This document shows positions 1 to 6,869 of a stretch of DNA of 51,514 nt, piece after piece. Each line of letters starts with the position of its first letter. Position 1 is the first letter of the stretch. The notes beneath the pieces are model-generated. The model had not been told where the DNA came from. It was given only the letters and a program-made list of their open reading frames with translations, and made no database searches. A program made the translations under genes and the position numbers. The DNA comes from an uncultured Gammaproteobacteria bacterium (GTDB lineage Bacteria; Patescibacteriota; Microgenomatia; UBA1406; GWC2-37-13), in contig CAZPYR010000001.1 of assembly GCA_964590815.1 (NCBI GenBank), positions 1-51,514 on the forward strand, given 5' to 3'.

Positions 1-402
1 ACCTACGGGGATACTTACGAGGTAGCTTGAACCAATGATAAGTCCATCGATGAGATTATGTAGAGCATCCCCAATAAGATTCATATAAGCAAAACGGTGC
101 ACGTGCCCGGCTTCTAGTGGAGTATGGCAATGGCGCCACGCAATAATTTTTTCCATGATAAATGAGACGATTATGCCAAAAAGTATATAGAGAGATGCCA
201 AAGTAGAAATACCGGATTCCTCAGCAGCTTCAGGAAGCAAATGTATAAAAACATCTCCAAGTAATGCTCCCGCCGCAAAGCTAACTAAAGGAATAATAAT
301 TCTTTTTATTGTGTTCGTTTTTACTCCGATTCCGAGGATGCCAATAAAAGAGAGAAGACTAATCATGATAACACTCAATATTGCATAGATCCAGATTTCC
401 AT
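1..402 (-). CDS. ZIP-family divalent-metal transporter (5' part; gene runs off the window start)
   Basis: Absent from the ORF track because it is open at the window edge. Reverse translation from ATG (402..400) gives MEIWIYAILSVIMISLLSFIGILG...AWRHCHTPLEAGHVHRFAYMNLIGDALHNLIDGLIIGSSYLVS. A His-rich loop is followed by the HNxxDGLxIG helix typical of ZIP/ZupT transporters. Confidence 0.75.
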   Translation of the reverse strand, partial: MEIWIYAILSVIMISLLSFIGILGIGVKTNTIKRIIIPLVSFAAGALLGDVFIHLLPEAAEESGISTLASLYILFGIIVSFIMEKIIAWRHCHTPLEAGHVHRFAYMNLIGDALHNLIDGLIIGSSYLVSIPVG

Positions 403-457
403 AATATTATTTATTAATAATAGTCATATTGTATAGGGTTTCGATTTAAAATGCAAC

Positions 458-1030
458 TTAATTGCATTTAGACCATAAGCCGCTTTTTTCCTGTTGTGCT
501 TTTTTTTGAGCTGCAATCATTGTTTTATTGTATTTGACATCCGGCGGATAGGTGAGTGCCTGAGCATATCCTTGTTCTACAAGATATTCATTGACAAAAA
601 GAGCCTCGTTTGTAGCTTCAGGATTGGGGAGGTAGATGTATCGGAGGAGTCTTCCGTAGTGGTCAGTGTTTGAAACATCTTTTTCCATCAATATTTGTTT
701 GCCTTCCACTAGTTCTTTATTGCGAACTGATGCTTCTCGTCCAAAACACTGTATACCTTTAGTGGGATGTTTGGTTTCTGGCGTATCTATACCGACATAT
801 CGTACTTTTTCGCCAGTTGTTAGCTCTATTGTGTCGCCATCTACTGCTTTTGCAACGTGTGCAGTTTCAAATACGCGTTGGTCTACTTCAGCCAGTGCAT
901 TGGTCTCTTTGGCTATTTGTTCAAATGTTTGACGTTTGTTAAAGAAGGTCTTGAGTTGCTCTGAAGCAAGTATAGTGAGCACTACTAGAAATGGAAATAG
1001 GTATAGTTTCCAAAGGCGAGTGTTGAGCAT
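458..1030 (-). CDS. Membrane-anchored thermonuclease (staphylococcal nuclease/SNase-like)
   Basis: N-terminal TM helix, then DGDTIEL...VRYVGIDTPET...GREAS..NKELV..K.I..E.D....D.YGRLLRYIY, the SNase catalytic-core pattern. Confidence 0.85.
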   Translation of the reverse strand: MLNTRLWKLYLFPFLVVLTILASEQLKTFFNKRQTFEQIAKETNALAEVDQRVFETAHVAKAVDGDTIELTTGEKVRYVGIDTPETKHPTKGIQCFGREASVRNKELVEGKQILMEKDVSNTDHYGRLLRYIYLPNPEATNEALFVNEYLVEQGYAQALTYPPDVKYNKTMIAAQKKAQQEKSGLWSKCN

Positions 1031-1064
1031 GGATACATTATATAGGGATTTAGTATAAGTTGAA

Positions 1065-1093
1065 TTGCAGATATGCGGTCAAACTGTTACAAT
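1065..1093 (+). promoter_or_regulatory. Sigma70-type promoter for tRNA-Pro
   Basis: TTGCAG (1065..1070), a 17-nt spacer, then TACAAT (1088..1093). It lies 16 nt upstream of the tRNA 5' end. Confidence 0.5.
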
Positions 1094-1109
1094 AAAGCTC
1101 ATTGGAAAT

Positions 1110-1183
1110 CGGGGCGTAGTTCAGATGGCTAGAACGTACGCTTTGGGAGCGTAAGGTCGCGAGTTCAAGTCTCGCCGCCCCGA
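1110..1183 (+). tRNA. tRNA-Pro (anticodon UGG)
   Basis: Hand-folded cloverleaf of 74 nt. Acceptor CGGGGCG/CGCCCCG, D arm GTTC-AGATGGCTA-GAAC, anticodon arm TACGC-TTTGGGA-GCGTA (anticodon TGG), variable AGGTC, T arm GCGAG-TTCAAGT-CTCGC, discriminator A. No encoded CCA. Confidence 0.9.
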
Positions 1184-1291
1184 CATTCTAATCCTTCAGT
1201 TCAACTTTTTAAATTTGGCTACTTAGATTCTTTTCATCAATATTTTTTTCTTACCTAATCCTTTCACTACATTAGCCTGAGGCTTTTTAAT

Positions 1292-2500
1292 ATGGAGTAT
1301 ATTCGAAATATGAATACATTAAAAGTAAAGGATATGGTAACACCATTAAATAATAATTTAATTTCTGCACCAGATGAAATATTAGGTGCAGCACTTTCTA
1401 AACTGAAGCAGTCGAACGATACTCTTTTTATTTTTGAAGATAATAACTTTTTAGGAATACTTACTGTTTATAGTTCTCTCTTTAAAAAAAGATACGCACC
1501 AACAACAAAGGTGAGACAGATCATGTTTAAGCCTATGAAAATAACTGAGGATTCATCAATATATGAAATCGCACGTTATATGTCAGATGAACAGATTTAT
1601 ATGTTGCCATATTTAGAGGAAGATACCGTTGTTGGTGTAATAAAGGCGCAAACAATTGCAAATGTAATACAGAAAGATGACAAAATTCTCGAATCAGTTG
1701 CTAATTCTTTAGACTACAAAAAAGCAGAAACGGTCTCTCATAATGCTTCAATGAGTGAAATTTACTCAATTTTGAGTGACAAAGTCAGTTTGGGTGTAGT
1801 AGCTATTGACGAAAAAGGTAAAGCAAAAGATTATATAAGTCGTCAAGAAATGATTAATACTTTCACTCAGCCATCGGATAAACAACGTTTTGGAAAAGAT
1901 GGACATCCATCTACTAACTGGGCTTTTGATGAAGAGAAGGTGAAAAGATTAGATGATTCTATTCACAAATATCTGAGTGGTCGTACAGTATATGCAACGA
2001 GCGATTCTTCGGTAAAAGACAATATACATAACCTTTTTTCTTCACAGCAAGAGGCTATCATAATAGTCGATGATGAACAAAAACCCCAGAAATTACTATC
2101 AATGCAACAGATATTACAGTCTTTTGCTCTGTTGCAACCAGGTTCAGGCGTGAATATCGTTTTGCAAAAACCAGGAACTAATGTTTCTAATGAGGAATTT
2201 AATAAGTCGTATAAGTCTTTAATAACTTTTTCTGAGAAAATGAATAAGCGTACTCCGTTAGAAAAAATGCTAGTCAGTACTGAAGAACCCAAGTATCAGA
2301 ATCAAAAAACAGCTGTCTTTAACTCGACTATTATTATCGTTCCCTATAATGAAGGTCAATATGTGGCAAAAGCAAAGGGAGAATCTTATACTCAAAGTTT
2401 AAATAGCGCCATGAAACAGATAGAGAAGCAGCAAAGACGTGATCATTTACAAACAAATACATTTAGTGCAGAAGATTCTTTAGATAATCAGGCATTATAA
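1292..2500 (+). CDS. Four-CBS (two Bateman modules) protein with a C-terminal RaiA/HPF-like (S30AE) domain
   Basis: Four CBS-like units lie in residues ~10-280. Residues ~285-385 (VNIVLQKPGTNVSNEEFNKSYKSLITFSEKM...AVFNSTIIIVPYNEGQYVAKAKGESYTQSLNSAMKQIEKQQRR) follow the beta-alpha-beta-beta-beta-alpha pattern of ribosome hibernation factors. The C-terminal domain call is by eye only. Confidence 0.6.
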   Translation: MEYIRNMNTLKVKDMVTPLNNNLISAPDEILGAALSKLKQSNDTLFIFEDNNFLGILTVYSSLFKKRYAPTTKVRQIMFKPMKITEDSSIYEIARYMSDEQIYMLPYLEEDTVVGVIKAQTIANVIQKDDKILESVANSLDYKKAETVSHNASMSEIYSILSDKVSLGVVAIDEKGKAKDYISRQEMINTFTQPSDKQRFGKDGHPSTNWAFDEEKVKRLDDSIHKYLSGRTVYATSDSSVKDNIHNLFSSQQEAIIIVDDEQKPQKLLSMQQILQSFALLQPGSGVNIVLQKPGTNVSNEEFNKSYKSLITFSEKMNKRTPLEKMLVSTEEPKYQNQKTAVFNSTIIIVPYNEGQYVAKAKGESYTQSLNSAMKQIEKQQRRDHLQTNTFSAEDSLDNQAL

Positions 2501-2540
2501 TGTAGGTCCTTTGTTTTTATTTTTCATGATTTATTGAAAA

Positions 2541-2712
2541 TGAGAATTACTTTCCTTTTAAATACTTTTTGAATTTTCTTAAGTTGTTTTGTAGAATGCG
2601 TGACAGAGGTAGTAAGGTTGTCAATAAGTATAATTACAAATCATATTGTTTTCGTAAATACAATTCTTGTTATTCCAACATTTAAAAATTGAAGTAGTAA
2701 GCAGTTCAAGAT
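2541..2712 (+). repeat. Direct repeat, copy A (three conserved blocks), upstream of the T-box/glyA cassette
   Basis: Blocks tgagaattactttccttttaaatact (2541..2566), caattcttgttattcc (2661..2676) and tagtaagcagttcaagat (2695..2712) recur in the same order at 4891..4985. The spacing between blocks 2 and 3 is identical (18 nt). Confidence 0.8.
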
Positions 2713-2867
2713 GTATCGCTTTTTTTTGATATTTGGAGCTTCTTATAAAGAAAAGTTTTTGATCACCTGTGAATTATATATCCACATTTTACGTAAATAT
2801 ATTAGTTGTCAATTTTTAAGTTCAGAATGTATTTTTAAAAAATTAAGTTATACTATTTACAGTTATG

Positions 2868-3094
2868 TGGCAATGAAGAGGAGGAGTAACAAAAGCGAGT
2901 TTGGTAGGAAATCAACTCACCGACTGAAAGGTTGAACAAACAGATTTTTGTGAAAGGCGCCTTGGAGCTACAAACCTCTAATGAAGAAATTCAACTTAAG
3001 CGATTATCGAGAGTTGAATAATTAGGGTGGAACCACGAGATAGAAAACTCGTCCCTAAGCTTGTATGTTACAAGTTTACTGACGAGTTTTTTTT
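2868..3094 (+). promoter_or_regulatory. T-box leader 1 (glyQS-class layout, putative GGC/Gly specifier)
   Basis: K-turn (UGGC-AAU-GA at 2868..2876 pairing with GA-GCUA at 2965..2970). Specifier loop GAAAGGCG with GGC at 2956..2958. Stem III AUUCAACU/AGUUGAAU. T-box core AGGGUGGAACCACGAG at 3024..3039, with AGGG able to pair with the downstream CCCU to form the antiterminator and leave the UGGA bulge. A terminator follows. A possible -10 TATACT at 2849..2854 would start the transcript near 2861. Confidence 0.75.
3044..3094 (+). terminator. Intrinsic terminator of T-box leader 1
   Basis: AAAACTCGTC (3044..3053) pairs with GACGAGTTTT (3081..3090), and the T tract continues to 3094 (8 T). Its 5' arm overlaps the antiterminator 3' strand. 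Confidence 0.8.
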
Positions 3095-3107
3095 ATGGAA
3101 TAAAATC

Positions 3108-3273
3108 GTGACGATGAAGGCTTGGCACGCCGGAGTCACAAAAAATTAGGAGATAAGAGAGTAAGTTCAATGGATTAACATTACTTACTAAATAGGGTGG
3201 AACCGCGACTCTACCATAGAGAGCCGTCCCTATACAGTTACATTATAAATAGCTGTATATGGACGGCTTTTTT
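3108..3273 (+). promoter_or_regulatory. T-box leader 2 (ultrashort Stem I variant)
   Basis: K-turn GUGAC-GAU-GA ... GGA-GUCAC (3108..3139), capped by GGC/GCC and the 7-nt loop UUGGCAC (3122..3128). Stem III AGUAAGU/ACUUACU. T-box core AGGGUGGAACCGCGAC at 3194..3209. A terminator follows. Confidence 0.6.
3222..3273 (+). terminator. Intrinsic terminator of T-box leader 2, abutting the glyA start codon
   Basis: AGCCGTCCCTATACAG (3222..3237) pairs with CTGTATATGGACGGCT (3253..3268), followed by a T6 tract. The glyA ATG is at 3275. Confidence 0.75.
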
Positions 3274-3274
3274 A

Positions 3275-4501
3275 ATGAATTTTATGTATACAAAAATATT
3301 GCAGAGTATTGACAAACACAATCAGTACCGAAGGGAATGTATCAATTTAATTGCTTCGGAAAATGTTATGAGTCCAATGACTAGGAAAGTTTTGGCATCT
3401 GACCTTGGGAATCGGTACTCATATGGAGAAGCAGGAAAAAAATTATTTGCCGGGAATACATATATGGATCAGATTGAATGTATTGCGGTTGATCTTGCTA
3501 AAAAAGCATTTAGTGCAGAATATGTAACTGTACAGCCTATTTCTGGAATGGTAGCTAATCTAGTAGCCTTTAATGCTGTACTCAAACCTAACGATATTGT
3601 AATGACGTTACCACTACATCATGGAAGTCATTTCAGCCACGAAAAAAAAGGAATGCTTAAATTATTTCAGGCTCGTATAGAGTATTTGCCATTTAACAGT
3701 GATGAGTATGTAATAGATATAAATGCTGCGAAGGATGCTATTACAAAGCTACGGCCAAAACTAATTATAGTGGGTGCTATGGAGTTTCTTTTCCCTGTTC
3801 CATTACGTGAATTAAAGGAAGTATGTAGCAAAACAGGAACGTATATTATGTATGACGCTGCTCATGTTGCCGGTCTAATAGCCGGGGGAACATTTCAAAA
3901 TCCCTTACAGGAAGGTGCTGATATTCTCTCAATGAGCACCAATAAAACTCTCGCTGGGCCTGATCATGGTATAGTAGCCACATCACACGCTAGCAGATTT
4001 AGAGAAGCTATTTGGCATGGTGTTAATCCTATGTTTTTGTCTAACATCCATCCACATCATATTGGAGGTTTAGCAATAACACTGGCTGAATTACAGATGT
4101 TTGGAAGAGATTATGCCACACAAGTAATTAAAAATGCACAGGCACTTGCGAAGGAATTGTATAAACATGAGATTGATGTGCTTTGCCCTCAAAAAGGGTT
4201 TACCCAATCGCATACTCTACTTATTAACACGCATGATGAAGCAATGAAGTACGTGAGATTGCTTGAACAAGCGAATATAATGTCAAATACATTTATGAAC
4301 TGCACTGATACTATATATGAATCTGGGCTACGGTTTGGCACAAATGAAATAACAAGAGTTGGAATGAAAGAGCAAGAAATGAAAATTATTGCTCAGTTTA
4401 TCTGTAATGTTTTATTAAAACGCAGATCGGTTACTAAAGTACGAGATGAGGTACGAGAGTTTCGCAAACCATTTCAGAAAGTTCACTATTGTTTTGAGTA
4501 A
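3275..4501 (+). CDS. glyA: Serine hydroxymethyltransferase family protein (divergent)
   Basis: LIASENVMSP, QPISGMVANL, YDAAHVAGLIAGG and the PLP-lysine segment SMSTNKTLAGPDHG. The start is moved from 3197 to ATG 3275 because 3197..3274 encodes the T-box 2 terminator. Confidence 0.8.
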   Translation: MNFMYTKILQSIDKHNQYRRECINLIASENVMSPMTRKVLASDLGNRYSYGEAGKKLFAGNTYMDQIECIAVDLAKKAFSAEYVTVQPISGMVANLVAFNAVLKPNDIVMTLPLHHGSHFSHEKKGMLKLFQARIEYLPFNSDEYVIDINAAKDAITKLRPKLIIVGAMEFLFPVPLRELKEVCSKTGTYIMYDAAHVAGLIAGGTFQNPLQEGADILSMSTNKTLAGPDHGIVATSHASRFREAIWHGVNPMFLSNIHPHHIGGLAITLAELQMFGRDYATQVIKNAQALAKELYKHEIDVLCPQKGFTQSHTLLINTHDEAMKYVRLLEQANIMSNTFMNCTDTIYESGLRFGTNEITRVGMKEQEMKIIAQFICNVLLKRRSVTKVRDEVREFRKPFQKVHYCFE

Positions 4502-4541
4502 TTAAAATTTTTTGTACACTAAACACATACGGAGAACGTAA

Positions 4542-4888
4542 TTGATAAGATTATTTTCTCTTTGTAAAAGAAGAGGGTTTATATTCCCTAATTCCGAAAT
4601 TTATGGAGGAATACAAGGGTTTTATGATTATGGACAACTCGGAGTTGAGTTAAAGAATAACGGGAAGCGTCCGGACATATCCAAAACTTTGTTGACACAC
4701 TGGTTGAGTGTAAATCTTGCCATAAACGATTTCGAGCAGATCATATTGTAGGATACAAGCTTGAGCATGTCGATGAAGAAAATCAACAGTACAGACTCAA
4801 TAGAATTGATCAAATCATTCAAAAAGACCAAATAAAATGCCCTTCCTGCAAAGGAGATCTGACATCCTGTAGAAAGTTTAGTCTGATG
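4542..4888 (+). pseudogene. glyS: Remnant of a glycyl-tRNA synthetase gene (alpha2 type): frameshifted, internally deleted and 3'-truncated
   Basis: Frame A (4542..4658) reads [39 protein letters not shown], the GlyRS N-terminus. After ~29 nt, a different frame (from 4688) reads [21 protein letters not shown]...IKCPSCKGDLTSCRKFSLM, matching the GlyRS insertion-domain segments (..DCK.CK.RFRADHL.. and ..CP.C.G.LT..R.FNLMF). About 45 codons are missing between the two pieces. The whole catalytic core and anticodon-binding domain (roughly 330 codons) is also absent. Confidence 0.8.
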
Positions 4889-4890
4889 AA

Positions 4891-4985
4891 TGAGGTTTAC
4901 TTTCCTTTTAAATACTCATTTTTTTTATTAAAACAATTTTTGTTATTCCTATGTTCTGCTATTAAAATAGTAAGCAGTTCAAGAT
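4891..4985 (+). repeat. Direct repeat, copy B, immediately after the glyS remnant
   Basis: tgaggtttactttccttttaaatact (4891..4916), caatttttgttattcc (4934..4949) and tagtaagcagttcaagat (4968..4985). See copy A. Copy B lacks ~77 nt found between blocks 1 and 2 of copy A. Confidence 0.8.
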
Positions 4986-5254
4986 CCTTTGCTTCATCAT
5001 GTATATTATACTTTCCCGGCTATATGTCGTAAATTTTTGAGAAATAATTTATCTACTGCAATTATCTAAGACGAATACTATATTATGGCACGGTCGGCCT
5101 TTTAGGATATAAACTTAAAAGCTGCATTTATGGACGAGAGTAATCGTGAAGTATAATAGTGATACCCTGTGTAAGCCTATACTTACGCCAAAATGATGTA
5201 TTTAGGTTGGTAACAACAACTATATAATACATAATAAAGAAGTATAATGAACCT

Positions 5255-6574
5255 ATGTCTCTGGATAATTTGAAAACTGAGCAATATGCTCAAAAAAGGA
5301 TTGTACCTTATATGCTTGGAATTTTCATTGTCCTTTGTTCTCTCCAAATGGTGGCAGTCTTTCTAGGTATTCGTTTTTTTTCTCTACAACAAACTCGTTC
5401 TGAACTCAATGATTTTACTAAGCGCGTTGCACAAGGACTATCTTATCAAAACGGCAAATGGGATACGACAAAGTATACTTCCGATCCCGAAACACCGCAT
5501 CCAAGTGGATCAAGTGGTTTTTCTACACCGCTCTATATTATAGCTGCCGATGGTTTTGTCATTGAACGAAATGCTCCTATCCCGGGAATTCTTGATTCTT
5601 CTGACTTTAGCCATCTTATGGAATTTCAACAAGCTCAGACGATAAGTGTTGTAACCAATGAACAATGGAGGATTATGTCACGACCTTTAGTTCATAATGG
5701 GAAGACAATTGGCGTAATTGTTGGAGCCCTTTATCATCCAGAAAGATTTGTTCCGAATGTCTCGGATTCTAAACTACTTAGTACTATAAATTATCTTGAA
5801 AAAGCTGTGCCTATTAATAATGGCGTAATTGATGTCAGTAATGTTGACGTGCGAGGGGTAGATTATGACATATCTTTTGAAATCGTCAGTAATTTCAATA
5901 AGGTCTTATTAAATAATGGTAGAATGCCGACATTTATCGATAAAAGTTATGTGTACGCGGAACTAAACGCAAATAACACAGCAAAGATAGTAAGGGATTC
6001 ACAAAAAAACACTTCATTTATGATAGCTAAGCAAACTATCTATGATAGCGAAAATAACCCGGTGGGTATAATTATTGCTGGGAAATCTATTGGGTTTATC
6101 TACTTAGTCTTTATGCAAGCCCTGCCCTATGTATTAGGTTTCATGCTCTTGTCTACGCTAATATCAATATATCTGGTTCAAAATCTTATCAAAGGTGTAA
6201 TTCAACAAATTATTACTTATTATGAAAAATCGAAACAGGAAAAACACCTGCCCAATACTCTTGATTTTGACAGGAAAACAGGAAAGCTTATAATCGGAAA
6301 TCAAACCATAGATATACCACTGGATTCTAACCAGTATTATTTTTGTAAAGCGATATTCTCCAATGTGAAGAAAAGATGGGAACTAGATGAGTTACTTGAG
6401 CAATTTGGAGACGATCCCAGTAGTGACAATTGGCGTAAAGTTTACGATACTATGACCGTCTTGAATAAAAAAACAGCGCAGTATTTACCCGTAAAATTGA
6501 TTGAACTTAAGGAGAAAACATATATTCTAAATCCAGATCTTCACCATCTCATCAAACATATTCATACTCCTTGA
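5255..6574 (+). CDS. Membrane one-component regulator: TM, extracytoplasmic sensor-like domain, TM, C-terminal OmpR/PhoB-type winged helix
   Basis: TM1 at residues ~18-42 and TM2 at ~283-310. The C-terminus (LDFDRKTGKLIIGNQTIDIPLDSNQYYFCKAIFSNVKKRWELDELLEQFG...WRKVYDTMTVLNKKT...LIELKEKTYILNP) follows the Trans_reg_C pattern. Confidence 0.55.
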   Translation: MSLDNLKTEQYAQKRIVPYMLGIFIVLCSLQMVAVFLGIRFFSLQQTRSELNDFTKRVAQGLSYQNGKWDTTKYTSDPETPHPSGSSGFSTPLYIIAADGFVIERNAPIPGILDSSDFSHLMEFQQAQTISVVTNEQWRIMSRPLVHNGKTIGVIVGALYHPERFVPNVSDSKLLSTINYLEKAVPINNGVIDVSNVDVRGVDYDISFEIVSNFNKVLLNNGRMPTFIDKSYVYAELNANNTAKIVRDSQKNTSFMIAKQTIYDSENNPVGIIIAGKSIGFIYLVFMQALPYVLGFMLLSTLISIYLVQNLIKGVIQQIITYYEKSKQEKHLPNTLDFDRKTGKLIIGNQTIDIPLDSNQYYFCKAIFSNVKKRWELDELLEQFGDDPSSDNWRKVYDTMTVLNKKTAQYLPVKLIELKEKTYILNPDLHHLIKHIHTP

Positions 6575-6869
6575 TTTATTTACTTGACTCAAGTGTGATT
6601 CATAGTGGATTCCATAGGCCTTTTCATATAATGCAGAATATTAACAGTTAAACAAGCCATATGAAATACGCACTTTTTATCTTAGGGCTGGGTATGATCA
6701 TAACATATCATACATACAAGGTGAATCACATGTGTGAAACACCGTCGCGGATGGGAAGAACAATAATCACACATTGTAATAAAGAAGAGGCTTTTAACAA
6801 CTTTTCAGAGCAGCAAAATGTTTTTGGTAGGGCTATTGTTAAGTAAGTAAATAATTAATTATTATAACT

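Noticed and set aside
666-932. Plus-strand 88-aa ORF inside the thermonuclease gene. Many similar antisense ORFs appear in the track, for example 1963..2292, 6971..7198, 8651..9106, 10179..10493, 11622..12134, 22260..22685, 23131..23538, 26474..26746, 43286..43684, 44604..44885 and 51012..51400.
   Set aside because: Each lies entirely within, and antisense or out of frame to, a long ORF with clear family motifs. Their translations are low-complexity, Ser/Cys/Phe/Ile-rich shadow sequences with no recognisable motifs.
2711-2935. 74-aa ORF upstream of glyA.
   Set aside because: It spans the promoter region and Stem I of T-box leader 1. The peptide is AT-biased low-complexity sequence, so the RNA-element interpretation explains the region better.
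3197-3274. N-terminal extension of the glyA ORF (MEPRLYHREPSLYSYIINSCIWTAFL).
   Set aside because: These codons are the T-box 2 core, antiterminator and terminator hairpin. The conserved SHMT sequence begins after ATG 3275.
4628-4831. Minus-strand 67-aa ORF across the glyS remnant.
   Set aside because: It is antisense to sequence that is clearly GlyRS-derived on the plus strand, and nothing supports it as a gene.
6661-6846. 61-aa ORF with a hydrophobic N-terminus between the membrane regulator and the NDT-RHH gene.
   Set aside because: It could be a real small membrane or secreted protein. However, nothing supports it beyond an open frame in AT-rich DNA, so I am not confident enough to list it as a feature.
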